Of a DNA stretch of 64,000 nt, positions 28,235-37,562 are shown piece after piece. The notes beneath the pieces are model-generated. The model searched no databases, had not been told where the DNA came from, and was given only the letters and a program-made list of their open reading frames with translations. The position numbers were made by a program, and so were the translations under genes. The stretch is from positions 987 through 64,986 of the forward strand of contig CAYFVC010000067.1 in the NCBI GenBank assembly GCA_964346665.1, written 5' to 3'. How positions within the stretch are numbered: the first letter of the stretch is position 1; each line of letters begins with the position of its first letter. This DNA is from an uncultured archaeon (lineage in GTDB: Archaea > Aenigmatarchaeota > Aenigmatarchaeia > QMZP01 > QMZT01).

Positions 28235-28951
28235 TTATACAATCTTGAAGTAAACCCTACGGTTGTTCTTTCCCTTGTTCTCCGCCTTGAGGAATTCGAT
28301 TTTCCCTATCTCTTTCGTGGATTTCACATGAGTCCCACCATCAGCTTGTATGTCAAATCCTTCGATCTCCACTATCCTGAGTTCCTTTATGCTCGGGGGG
28401 AGAACGTTTGCGAGTTTGGTGATGTTCTCTATTTTCATCGCCTCTTCCCTCGGGAGGAAATACATTTTCACGTTCAGGTCTTTTCCCACGATCTCGTTCG
28501 CCTTTGCGAAATACTCGGACATCTTCTCCCTGTCGAAGTCCTCCAGGCTGAAGTCTATCCTTGATTTGTTGAGATCAAGCTGGTTTCCCGTTATCATCGC
28601 ACCAGAATCCTTGTGAAAAACCTCTGAAATTATGTGAGCCGCCGTGTGCATTCTCATAAGTATATATCTCCTCTCCCAGTCTATCGTTCCCTTTACCACA
28701 TCGCCTTCTTTCAAGCCTTCTTTCGAAACTTCATGCGATATTTTCCCTGAGAACTTCCCGACATAAACCACCGGGTACTCCACACCATCCTTCACGAATT
28801 TCCCTCTATCGTGTGGCTGCCCTCCAGAATTCGGATAGAAGGCGGTTTTATCGAGCACGACGAAGAATTTATTCTCCCCGCCTTTCGTTACACTAACGAC
28901 ATTCGCCTCGAACCCCTTCAAATACGAATCATCCATGTAAAGCGCATTCAT
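28235..28951 (-). CDS. alaX: AlaX-type alanyl-tRNA editing (trans-editing deacylase) domain protein
   Basis: It has HxxxH (HTAAHI) and a C-terminal GGTHV motif typical of the AlaRS editing domain / AlaX-M. The 238-aa length fits. Confidence 0.8.
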   Translation of the reverse strand: MNALYMDDSYLKGFEANVVSVTKGGENKFFVVLDKTAFYPNSGGQPHDRGKFVKDGVEYPVVYVGKFSGKISHEVSKEGLKEGDVVKGTIDWERRYILMRMHTAAHIISEVFHKDSGAMITGNQLDLNKSRIDFSLEDFDREKMSEYFAKANEIVGKDLNVKMYFLPREEAMKIENITKLANVLPPSIKELRIVEIEGFDIQADGGTHVKSTKEIGKIEFLKAENKGKNNRRVYFKIV

Positions 28952-28953
28952 AA

Positions 28954-29049
28954 TAGCGGGAGGTGGAGACTCACCTCCCGAAGAAGGTTTTGAACCACCG
29001 ACCTCTGGGTTATGGGCCCAGCGAGCACTCCAGGCTGCTCCATCCCGCT
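28954..29049 (-). tRNA. Initiator tRNA-Met(CAU) with ~21-nt intron in the T-loop region
   Basis: On the minus strand the gene reads agcggga-tg-gagc-agcctggagt-gctc-g-ctggg-ccCATaa-cccag-aggtc-ggtgg-ttcaaa[21 nt]t-ccacc-tcccgct-a. A1:U72 and three G:C pairs in the anticodon stem are initiator features. The extra 21 nt sit inside the T-loop. Confidence 0.7.
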
Positions 29050-29115
29050 ATGCAGTGTATTTCGTGGGAATGTTATAAATAGTTTGTATTTTAATATTTA
29101 ATTACTATCTAAGGG

Positions 29116-29415
29116 GTGTCTTGTTTGGAGGAAGATGAAGTTCTAATAACAGACATATTCAAGAAGGTAACACAGGAATTGGGGAATCTCGAGATGGAGA
29201 GGAAGATCCTTGCGGACTTGATCAAGGACCTCAGAAAAAAGATAAAATCCCTTGACCGAAGGGAAGCGAGACTGCGTTCCCAAATAATGGAACTTGTTAA
29301 GAATGAAACACAGCTCAGCAAGAGAAAGGTCAGGCTGGAAAAGAGACTCGAAAAAACGAGAAAGAAATTGAAAAAAATCTCCGAGGCCAAGAAGTCGCTT
29401 TCCGAAGCGTTTTAA
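29116..29415 (+). CDS. Hypothetical coiled-coil protein
   Basis: The 99-aa ORF has heptad-like charged repeats (LRKKIKSLDRREARLRSQIMEL). No family was recognised. Confidence 0.35.
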   Translation: MSCLEEDEVLITDIFKKVTQELGNLEMERKILADLIKDLRKKIKSLDRREARLRSQIMELVKNETQLSKRKVRLEKRLEKTRKKLKKISEAKKSLSEAF

Positions 29416-29909
29416 AATCTCTCCCAGCGGATCACGTCTTCCATCTTTTTCTTGTCATGGGGTTCGGGGTTCTTTTCGAAATAACCCAGTGGTATGAAGC
29501 AAACGATTTCGTAGTCTTCCGGTATTTCTAGGACCTCTCTTGCATGATCAACATCCTTCCCAAGAGCGGCAACGTAACAAGATCCTATTCCGAGGGATTT
29601 CGCGGAAAGCATTATATTTTCGGAAGCTAGACAACAATCTTCCACGTATCTCTTTACACTTTTGTCACCGCAAACAACTATGCAGGCCGCAGCATCCTTA
29701 ATGAAACTCCCGTATTCCATGTGTTCTGAAATTTTGGCCAGTTTTTCTTTATCGGTCACCACTATGAACTTCCAAGGTTGGATGTTTCTCGCTGAAGGGG
29801 AAAGCCTGGCACAATCTATTATCTCCTCAAGTATTCGTTTTTCTATCGCTTTGTCGGAGAATTCCCTCACACTCCTCCTTTCCTTCAAAATCCGGATAAA
29901 CTCGTTCAT
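29412..29909 (-). CDS. Nitroreductase-family protein
   Basis: The RRSVREF N-terminal motif, the 165-aa size and the conserved (SARN)QPW segment are typical of the NADH oxidase / nitroreductase fold. Confidence 0.75.
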   Translation of the reverse strand: MNEFIRILKERRSVREFSDKAIEKRILEEIIDCARLSPSARNIQPWKFIVVTDKEKLAKISEHMEYGSFIKDAAACIVVCGDKSVKRYVEDCCLASENIMLSAKSLGIGSCYVAALGKDVDHAREVLEIPEDYEIVCFIPLGYFEKNPEPHDKKKMEDVIRWERF

Positions 29910-30412
29910 CTTCTTACCTTGGGTTCCTTGGGTTCGAACCTGTCGTAGAAAATTCCGATCATGTAGCCCAATACCAAGAAGAACACCGCATTCAATGGGG
30001 TGAGCATTATGAAACTTGTCTGGATGAGGAATACCCCGCCTATCACTCCCTGGTATGCGAGTTCACCGAGTGCTATCGCCACCAAAAGCAGTACCGACAG
30101 GAATAAACCCTTCCTTTTTGAATTCTTTCCGATCAGTTCGCTGTATATCAGTGAAAATATAAAGGCAAAGACCAATCCCGCTATGATTCCCCCTACTATG
30201 GATCCTGGTATGGCGAATATCATACCTATATCGGCAAGCTGCTCCATACTTATTGGGATGTTGACGTTCGAAGGGATACTCGCTCTTATGATTTCTATTA
30301 TCTGCTCCCTGTAGAAGACGTAAGACATTACGGTAACAATGCCTTGGAGGATCCCGTATACAATTCCGGACACTGCTCCTGTTTTAAGAAACCTTCCCCA
30401 CTCCATAACCAT
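29906..30412 (-). CDS. Hypothetical membrane protein (4 predicted TM helices)
   Basis: Its hydrophobic segments are rich in Gly/Ile. It has a 4-nt overlap with the nitroreductase gene. Confidence 0.4.
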   Translation of the reverse strand: MVMEWGRFLKTGAVSGIVYGILQGIVTVMSYVFYREQIIEIIRASIPSNVNIPISMEQLADIGMIFAIPGSIVGGIIAGLVFAFIFSLIYSELIGKNSKRKGLFLSVLLLVAIALGELAYQGVIGGVFLIQTSFIMLTPLNAVFFLVLGYMIGIFYDRFEPKEPKVRR

Positions 30413-30460
30413 AATATATATTTTTCATATATTTATTGGTTCGCATTTATAGAATAAAAT

Positions 30461-30637
30461 ATGGACAGAAAGGGTTTATTTCCTTTGTGGTTCACCGCGA
30501 TCTTGGGATTCCTGTTCCTAGTCGTCGGGGCGTATCTAGCGATAGCGATGTTCACGATCCCTTTCGCTTTCTGGACAGGGATAGTCTTGATACTAATAGG
30601 AATTGGGATGATAATAATAACTATGGTTCTCGGTTAA
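30461..30637 (+). CDS. Hypothetical small membrane protein (58 aa)
   Basis: The ATG at 30461 gives MDRKGLFPLWFTAILGFLFLVVGAYLAIAMF..., two hydrophobic helices. It is too short for the ORF track. Confidence 0.3.
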   Translation: MDRKGLFPLWFTAILGFLFLVVGAYLAIAMFTIPFAFWTGIVLILIGIGMIIITMVLG

Positions 30638-31605
30638 AATGGGTATTGATTGTATTTAACATAGTGATTGAACAAGACAATACTCTCAACATCAAAAATC
30701 ACGTCAGAGAATTTCGTCCTTATGTCAATAATAAGATCCTGTAGTTTTTTCTGGTCCTCTATCTCGTAAATGATTTCAAAATTCCACTTACCGACCGTTT
30801 CGATGTAAAAGATAATGTTTAGGTGAGCCTGACAATAAGAAAAAAGTTCTTTTTTACCCTCCCCAGTCAGGTTATGCGTGTTGAGAAATAGCTGGTAGCT
30901 TTCGTATCCGAATTGCTGGCAATTAATCTGGGTTCCATATCCCTGAATGATCTCCTTTTTCTTCAATTTTTTCAAGCGAGAAGTTACCGTTGAGAATGGC
31001 TTCTTTACCCTTTTAGATATTTCAAGAGCAGATAAGCGAGCGTTGTTTGATATTTCTCTCAGAATGAGATTATCGAGCGTATCTAATTTTTCCGATTCGA
31101 TGTATTTCCCGAATCTTGGTGCTTTTTTCACAATAACCTTTCTTTCAATCAAATAATCACGAGGGAACTGGACAAGCTCCACCCTTATAGCAACGGTGAA
31201 GTCTTTCAACACATTGTTATACTTTGTGGAAATCTCGCCAAATATCTCGTTAAAGTGAACCACATTCTTCGCCATTATCGCAAAGGCGAGATCGAACTTC
31301 CCCCCGAATTCCGCTATCCAGTAAACATGATCATGTTGCTTTAATTCTTCGATAATATTTTTCTTCTCTTCTTTCGTAACGTTTTGAAACCGGGCATATA
31401 CAGCATATCCTGTGTAACCGATCTTCCCGAAATTGAGAAACGTCATGTAACCTGAGATTATACCCTGCCTTTCAAGCCGTTTCAAACGGTAGAACGTACC
31501 TTCCTGGCTCAGGCCCACTTTCTTCCCTAGGACAGACGTCCCCAATCGCGCATTAAGGTCTATTTCATACAGGATTTTCCTGTCCTTCACGTCCAGTTTA
31601 TCCAT
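30634..31605 (-). CDS. Tandem (duplicated) Lrp/AsnC-family transcriptional regulator
   Basis: It has two successive HTH-plus-RAM units (KILYEIDLNARLG...ERQGIISGY and LILREISNNARLS...KKKEIIQGY). Confidence 0.65.
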   Translation of the reverse strand: MDKLDVKDRKILYEIDLNARLGTSVLGKKVGLSQEGTFYRLKRLERQGIISGYMTFLNFGKIGYTGYAVYARFQNVTKEEKKNIIEELKQHDHVYWIAEFGGKFDLAFAIMAKNVVHFNEIFGEISTKYNNVLKDFTVAIRVELVQFPRDYLIERKVIVKKAPRFGKYIESEKLDTLDNLILREISNNARLSALEISKRVKKPFSTVTSRLKKLKKKEIIQGYGTQINCQQFGYESYQLFLNTHNLTGEGKKELFSYCQAHLNIIFYIETVGKWNFEIIYEIEDQKKLQDLIIDIRTKFSDVIFDVESIVLFNHYVKYNQYPF

Positions 31606-31722
31606 ATTTTATATATTATCTATTTTATTTAAATATTTTGTTAATTTATTTAAAATTTTTAACAATATTTTATATAATATGGAAACCACTATAAAGTAAT
31701 AAAAATTGATTAAAATAAGGAA

Positions 31723-32130
31723 GTGGTGAATACGAGTTATCGAGGAAAATGTTATTCAATGAATGATGCCACATTAGAAAAAATGTATAGAGGATTGGAA
31801 GAAAAAATAAGACGCATCAAAGTACATGATAAAATTCCTATCATGTTATCCCTCGTAAAAGATTTAATGGAACTTGCTCCAGAACAGAGGGAAGAGGTCA
31901 GGGAAAGGTTAAAGGAAGTAAAAACAGGTAATTACACTCCTCAGAAAAAAGATAGATTTTACATAGGTGTAAGACGTGATGTGGCAGAATCAGTTGGTGA
32001 TCAAGATTTACGTAATTTTCTATTAAATTACAGGCCGGTTCAGCATATTGTTGATCCCGTATTCGAAAAAGTACAGAAACTTAGAAGGTCGAACAATTTA
32101 CCTCTACCAGATCAGTGGTACGATGTTTAA
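31723..32130 (+). CDS. Hypothetical protein (first gene of a two-gene overlapping operon)
   Basis: The 135-aa ORF matches no family. Its stop overlaps the downstream ATG by 8 nt. Confidence 0.4.
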   Translation: MVNTSYRGKCYSMNDATLEKMYRGLEEKIRRIKVHDKIPIMLSLVKDLMELAPEQREEVRERLKEVKTGNYTPQKKDRFYIGVRRDVAESVGDQDLRNFLLNYRPVQHIVDPVFEKVQKLRRSNNLPLPDQWYDV

Positions 32131-33169
32131 TGAAACGAAAAGAGATATAGTGGAAAATATTTTACTGGACAGATTTGAACAGGTTCAACCATATAGCCCA
32201 AATTATAGTGAGGTGATAGGAAAATACAAAGATGGCAGTTTCGGGGTGAGCAACTTGGCTTTTGCCCTTTATTCCAACGGCCTCGGTCCAAGGGGGAGGA
32301 GTTCGAAACATCCGTACGGACTTGTTTTCGAGGATAGTGAAACGCTTTTCTCTATTGGATATTATCGTAAAGAGAATGATCCAGAAGATTCTGATGGCTA
32401 TCTGTTCGTTGTGGCCCCGAGAGGAAAGAATATCGGAGAAAAGATAGGAGAAATTTTTGATGAAGTCAAAGGTAAAGATATTCCTTGCAAGGGAGTGTAT
32501 GCACGATTTTTAAAATTGGATCAATACTTAGAGTTACTAAATACAGGGTTCTTGCCGATTGAGGAATCGCCTTGGCATTCTGAATCACCGAAAGAAGATG
32601 AGACTTATTCCCATTCAATTGTAAATATCAAAAACCATATTCCCATAAAAACAAGATACGCGAAGAACAGGTTTAAAAACTTTTTAAAAAGGAGCGGGTT
32701 TCAATACGAACTGGAAAAACTTGCAAACAAAGAAGATGCAAGACAGGTGATTGATTCTCATTTCGATATGCTGCAGAAAAAAGGGAAAGCTATAGGCTCG
32801 ACACCTGAAGATCATTACAACTCCTTGAGTTCAGACCTTTTAAATCTAGAATCCGTTAATGCTTACGTTGGATATTTGCAAGAAGATCCTGTTTCTGTAT
32901 TTGTTGGGGAGATGCTTTCCCCGAATAGATTTGGATTGTACACTCCATTTACGTTGAGGGATCCGGATAAAATTTCGTGTGTAGATACATGTTCTGATTA
33001 TACTGGGTTTACAGCAATGCCCACTTATGCATATGTTCGGTTATCTGAGAAATTGAAAGAAAGAGGGATTAGTGAAGTTCATTTAGGTGGCTCTGAACTG
33101 CCTGATCTTGATAGATTTAAAAGACAATTAGGTGGAAGAGAAGATCCGTCCTACTGGGCAGTCAAATGA
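32123..33169 (+). CDS. Hypothetical protein (weak resemblance to acyl/aminoacyl-transferase DUF2156-like folds)
   Basis: The start is at MFNETK, which is internal to the tool ORF. The similarity claim rests only on a short HLGGSE...FKxxLG segment and is weak. Confidence 0.4.
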   Translation: MFNETKRDIVENILLDRFEQVQPYSPNYSEVIGKYKDGSFGVSNLAFALYSNGLGPRGRSSKHPYGLVFEDSETLFSIGYYRKENDPEDSDGYLFVVAPRGKNIGEKIGEIFDEVKGKDIPCKGVYARFLKLDQYLELLNTGFLPIEESPWHSESPKEDETYSHSIVNIKNHIPIKTRYAKNRFKNFLKRSGFQYELEKLANKEDARQVIDSHFDMLQKKGKAIGSTPEDHYNSLSSDLLNLESVNAYVGYLQEDPVSVFVGEMLSPNRFGLYTPFTLRDPDKISCVDTCSDYTGFTAMPTYAYVRLSEKLKERGISEVHLGGSELPDLDRFKRQLGGREDPSYWAVK

Positions 33170-33170
33170 T

Positions 33171-33920
33171 TTATTCCTCCACCCTCGGAGCTAAAATGAA
33201 CGATAGGTTTATCTTGTCTATGTCCTTGAACACAATCCTCATTGGATAGTCATTCGCGAATTCGAGCGCTACCTTGTTCGCGAACTTCGCTGCCTTTATC
33301 ATCTTCTTGAGGTATTCGAGAGGGTATCTCGCCCTTACCGGTTCCATAGCCTCGAGCTTCGCAAGACCTTCCTCCCCTTTTTTCAATTCGAGTTGCGAGG
33401 AGGAGATATCGCCTTTCGCCCACAGCTTGAAGAGTTCAGGGTTCGTTTCGAAAACGACGGAATCATCAACTATGTCCGCATCCGATATTCCCTCTTCCAA
33501 AACATTCGAATCCATTTCCACTTTACCTTTAAATTCGAGCTGATCTAGCGGGGGCTTTTCAGTCGAAATGTTCAACAGCGGGATCTCGAATTTTCGAGTT
33601 CCTTTCCCCTGCATTGTGAATTGCAAGACGTTCGATCCATCCTCCTTGCTCAGTATGACCTTCTCCCCTGCCTTTATCCTCTTCACCACCGCTACGAGGT
33701 TCGCAAGGTTTAGACCGAGCAGGTTCTCCCCGGTGACCTTGAAATCGTCAAAAGCAGACGCTAAAAGTTGAAAGTCAACAACGGCTATCATGCTCCTGTC
33801 TGGAGAAAGCAAGGACAAACCATTTGAATCAACCTTGAAAACTCCCTCATCTATAATCTCCGATATTATTGGTATGGAATTCTTCAACAGATCCGCGTTA
33901 TTCAGAGTTATTTTGAACAT
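33171..33920 (-). CDS. pcn: DNA polymerase sliding clamp (PCNA)
   Basis: The N-terminus (MFKITLNNADLLKNSIPIISEIIDEGVFKV) and the ~250-aa two-domain length are typical of archaeal PCNA. The start is taken at the internal Met. Confidence 0.85.
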   Translation of the reverse strand: MFKITLNNADLLKNSIPIISEIIDEGVFKVDSNGLSLLSPDRSMIAVVDFQLLASAFDDFKVTGENLLGLNLANLVAVVKRIKAGEKVILSKEDGSNVLQFTMQGKGTRKFEIPLLNISTEKPPLDQLEFKGKVEMDSNVLEEGISDADIVDDSVVFETNPELFKLWAKGDISSSQLELKKGEEGLAKLEAMEPVRARYPLEYLKKMIKAAKFANKVALEFANDYPMRIVFKDIDKINLSFILAPRVEE

Positions 33921-34011
33921 AGTACGCAATCTGAAACCGTCTTTGACGGTTTCAACGTGCTCTATCACCTCCTAGGATATACTTATTGAAACATTAGGAT
34001 TTTAATATTTA

Positions 34012-34344
34012 TCATTCCTTTTCGAGTTCGCTGACCTTTTTGTAAAGTTCGAAATCCATCCCTTCCATATCCTGAAGGACTTCCCCTTGTATTTCAAACC
34101 CATCCTCGCTGGGTATGACCCTTCCGAATACCCGAACCCTTTTGTTAACTTCGGTAGCGAAAGGCTCAGCGAAGACAATGTTGATCTTCCCCGTCCCGTC
34201 ATCAAGAACGACCACGTTCTCCTTTTTATCAATCACCATCCCTAGCAAACGAACACGAACATCATCCTTCCCGATCTCCGCTATTTTCTTTTCGTATGCA
34301 GGCAGCCTTCTCGGGGAAACGAATCCTTCAAGAGTTTCTGGCAT
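34012..34344 (-). CDS. OB-fold nucleic-acid-binding protein (RPA-associated/anticodon-binding-like), hypothetical
   Basis: The 110-aa ORF has a VRVRLLGMVIDKKENVVVLDDGTGKINIVF...VRVFGRV pattern typical of OB folds. It is adjacent to PCNA. Confidence 0.4.
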   Translation of the reverse strand: MPETLEGFVSPRRLPAYEKKIAEIGKDDVRVRLLGMVIDKKENVVVLDDGTGKINIVFAEPFATEVNKRVRVFGRVIPSEDGFEIQGEVLQDMEGMDFELYKKVSELEKE

Positions 34345-34383
34345 TATTGAATTTTATATATAAAATTTATAAGCTTGAGGTCA

Positions 34384-35745
34384 TCAGACCAGAATTACCT
34401 CTTGCTGGACCTTGCAGTTTTCCGGGTCCTCATAATAATTGATCCTGTATACCACCTTCTCCCCTAACGTGTCTGGGTCAACCTCTATCGAATACGCTCC
34501 TCCATCGATCGGTTCTCCATAACCGCACAGAAATTCCGAAACAGAATAAGTCTTGCTTCCTTCCCCGTATACGTATATCACGTTTTCACACCCTCCAGGA
34601 CCTGTTGTTTTCAAATGATCAATCCCGAACCTTTCGAGGTTCTCATAAACTACCCTTATTTCACCTCCTTCACATACGTTCGATCTGTCTCTGAGAAGGT
34701 AACTTCCCAAGTAAAACCTGAGTTCTGATCTTTCAGGAGAATTCCCTGGATTCACGTAATTCCCCATCCCTTCCAATTTTTTCCAGCAGTTCTTGAAATC
34801 CCTCTTTTCAAGGCAGTCTATAAGCCTGACCTTGTTCATCACTAGGAAATTCGGATTCAAAATATGGTCGAAATTTTCTTGTATTTTTTCGCAGCTCCCG
34901 TCCACGTCATTCTCTAGGTTTTCGAATATTTCACCCCAGAGATACCCTTCCCCAAGCTGGTAGATGATTTCGCTTATGAAATGCCCTGTTAGCAGACCTT
35001 GGAAGAGGAAATGATCGAGCAGTATTGAAAGGAAAGGATCCCCGTTTTCAGCATACAAAGAAGCGAGAATACTTGAGGTTTTGAGAAGGTTCAGGGATTT
35101 GCTAGCGATAGTTCCGCTAGGTATTAACGTCCCCCCAAGGTTTTCGAACTCTTTCTCGTATTCATTTATCTTTCCAAACCAAATACCTGTTCCAAGATAA
35201 GAGCAAATCCCCGAGTTGTAAATCGATTCCTTATCAAAATCCTTCACGGTTAAAAAGTCATTATTGAGTTTCGTTTTCTGTTTTTCAAGGCTGAGCAGAC
35301 TGGTTTCGATTACCGGTATTATCTTCAAAGTCCCCTCGTACCTCTCTTCCCCCAGGGATTCGTTTGAGAACTTTGTGTAGAAATAGAAAGTCATTTCGCA
35401 ATCACTCGGTTTTTCGAGTGTTATGATCGGTTCCAGATCGAAGTAACACAGGTAAAGGTTTTCCGTCCTGTTACATTCGTTAGCATACGTTTCCACTCGC
35501 TTCCCCCCACACATAAGGTCGAGGTCCGCTTCAAGGTTTTCGATATCACTCCTTATAGTAACCGATAACTGATTATCTAACAAATGGCAATCGAAATCAG
35601 AATTCAGTATCTGACAATATATCTCGTTTTCTGAAACCTCGATGACCTTGAATTCCTCCGAGTTCGCAATAACGCTGAACAAAAGGAAGAACGCGATCAC
35701 CAACACCACTCCGTAATATTTTTTCATCCTAACCACACGGTACAC
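34384..35745 (-). CDS. Secreted hypothetical protein (signal peptide, Cys-rich)
   Basis: It has an N-terminal hydrophobic signal (YYGVVLVIAFFLLFSVIANS), is 453 aa long and carries many Cys. Confidence 0.4.
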   Translation of the reverse strand: MYRVVRMKKYYGVVLVIAFFLLFSVIANSEEFKVIEVSENEIYCQILNSDFDCHLLDNQLSVTIRSDIENLEADLDLMCGGKRVETYANECNRTENLYLCYFDLEPIITLEKPSDCEMTFYFYTKFSNESLGEERYEGTLKIIPVIETSLLSLEKQKTKLNNDFLTVKDFDKESIYNSGICSYLGTGIWFGKINEYEKEFENLGGTLIPSGTIASKSLNLLKTSSILASLYAENGDPFLSILLDHFLFQGLLTGHFISEIIYQLGEGYLWGEIFENLENDVDGSCEKIQENFDHILNPNFLVMNKVRLIDCLEKRDFKNCWKKLEGMGNYVNPGNSPERSELRFYLGSYLLRDRSNVCEGGEIRVVYENLERFGIDHLKTTGPGGCENVIYVYGEGSKTYSVSEFLCGYGEPIDGGAYSIEVDPDTLGEKVVYRINYYEDPENCKVQQEVILV

Positions 35746-37531
35746 TCACACTCTGCTCCCCCTCGCTCACAACCTCAATACCACATTCGCCTAATGCGAT
35801 TTCAATTTTGTATATCTCGCTGGGTTTTATAGATTCCGAAATCCCCTCGACAAATGGGAGGTAAATATAAATTTCATTTTCATCCCCGGTCGAAAGATAT
35901 ACAGTTTCAACATAACCAACGGTTTCACTCGTTTGATTGTTCACTATCGCTCCAAACACATCATAAACCCCTGGTTTGAGGATCATTTTAGTTTCTCCTA
36001 TGAAACCTTCCGAACCTATATTGTAAAGCATTATGTTGTCCCCGTCTTCCGGTTTAATGTAAACGAGAACGAAGTAGTCTTCGGAGAAAAGGTTTATCGA
36101 CCTGGGTTGGCCGGAAACCGAATAATCTTTATAAGTTCCCCCTGCTTTCGGATCTCCGGGTTTCACAGGAACTCCGTAAAAATGAACTGGTATCTCCTTC
36201 CCTCCACCCTCTAGGACAACGGAATAACCCTCAAGATTGCTAGCTTTCAAAAGTTTTCTATGCTCCCTGTACCCTTCCTTATGAATCGAAATCTCCCCTA
36301 TCATGCATGGTATTCCTGAATTCAACAATCCTAGGTAATCAGTCTCCCCTAGCGAGCAACCCCCGAACGTGACCAGCGCTTTGCTTACAGGAAGACCTTT
36401 CGAATCCCTTACGTTCACGCTTGCTAGGCACCCGCTTTCCATCACGCATTTTTCATGATAAGATGTTTTCTCCCCTTTCCTGAAACCACATCCAGGCTCA
36501 TTCTCATCAATGTTCACCATTATCGCGAAATTGAACAACTGATCAAACACATCGTCCTCGATCATCACAATTATAGGATATCGAAACGAATAACGAACAT
36601 CCATAGTTTCGATACAGGTGGAGGAGAACGAAATGACGGGTTTCGGGTAGAATACAACAGGATTAGGCTCAATATCGAAGTTGTTTCCTAAGTTCCAGTC
36701 TTCTGGGTAAACAAATGATACTTGAAGGTCTGAATCCGCGACCCCTAGCAAATAAAACGGATTCTCGGGAAGATCTAAAACATCCCTGTTGAAAACAGTG
36801 TGACTAGCTGTATACTTCACAAGGTTTTCGAGAGAATTCCGAACTTCGCTTTCGGTTTTGAATAACGTATTCCTACAACCTGTTCTCAGATCTATTGTTG
36901 GAAGCCATTCCTCCTCGGGGTTTGAATAAAGTATGGTGTTTAGCGTGGCGGACTCGAGAAATTTAGAATTATTATTCCTGTTTGTTATATCTTCCGAGAC
37001 CTCGATTATTTCCTTAAGCTTCGAAGGTATAAGGATGCTGTATGGTTGGGGGATGCTAGAATTCTCCACGAATGTCGGCATATTCACATCGATCTTTACC
37101 CCGTTATCCTGTATGCTAACGAAAACGTCGAGGTTTCCCAGATCGATAGAAACACCCTTCCCGAAAAATTCCATCTCTGGCTTGAAAACCACTTTAATTC
37201 TTTCCTCCAAATCCTTTTCAAGAATTTTCTCTATTTTTGGTATTTCTGTCCTGTCACAATCCCCCCATATCCCTATTTCCTTCACCCCGTATCTCACCGT
37301 GTTTTCCGAGTTTGAAATTCCCCCTGTTCTGTATATTTCCCTCAGTTCTTTCTTTCCGGAGTCCCTTATCGAGTTGAGGATGGAGTCCTTTATCAGTTTC
37401 TTTTCCTCTCCTAACCCTGTCACAATAGGTCGATCCTCCTCTGCAACGAACCCCCCGAAGGAAACGAGGATAACGACAACCGCGATCACTATGAAGGCAA
37501 AAACAGCTATAAACTCAACCTGACCTTTCAT
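35729..37531 (-). CDS. Large class III signal peptide (type IV pilin-like) protein
   Basis: The N-terminus MKGQVEFIAVFAFIVIAVVVILV matches the archaeal prepilin KG|Q cleavage context followed by a hydrophobic helix. The protein is 600 aa long. Confidence 0.5.
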   Translation of the reverse strand: MKGQVEFIAVFAFIVIAVVVILVSFGGFVAEEDRPIVTGLGEEKKLIKDSILNSIRDSGKKELREIYRTGGISNSENTVRYGVKEIGIWGDCDRTEIPKIEKILEKDLEERIKVVFKPEMEFFGKGVSIDLGNLDVFVSIQDNGVKIDVNMPTFVENSSIPQPYSILIPSKLKEIIEVSEDITNRNNNSKFLESATLNTILYSNPEEEWLPTIDLRTGCRNTLFKTESEVRNSLENLVKYTASHTVFNRDVLDLPENPFYLLGVADSDLQVSFVYPEDWNLGNNFDIEPNPVVFYPKPVISFSSTCIETMDVRYSFRYPIIVMIEDDVFDQLFNFAIMVNIDENEPGCGFRKGEKTSYHEKCVMESGCLASVNVRDSKGLPVSKALVTFGGCSLGETDYLGLLNSGIPCMIGEISIHKEGYREHRKLLKASNLEGYSVVLEGGGKEIPVHFYGVPVKPGDPKAGGTYKDYSVSGQPRSINLFSEDYFVLVYIKPEDGDNIMLYNIGSEGFIGETKMILKPGVYDVFGAIVNNQTSETVGYVETVYLSTGDENEIYIYLPFVEGISESIKPSEIYKIEIALGECGIEVVSEGEQSVSVPCG

Positions 37532-37562
37532 ATTAAATATATTTCGTTTCTAAATAATTAAG

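Noticed and set aside
32048-32122. The tool ORF for the 373-aa hypothetical protein extends 75 nt upstream into the preceding gene.
   Set aside because: The internal ATG at 32123 overlaps the upstream stop (GATGTTTAA), which is the usual coupled arrangement, so I took the shorter start.
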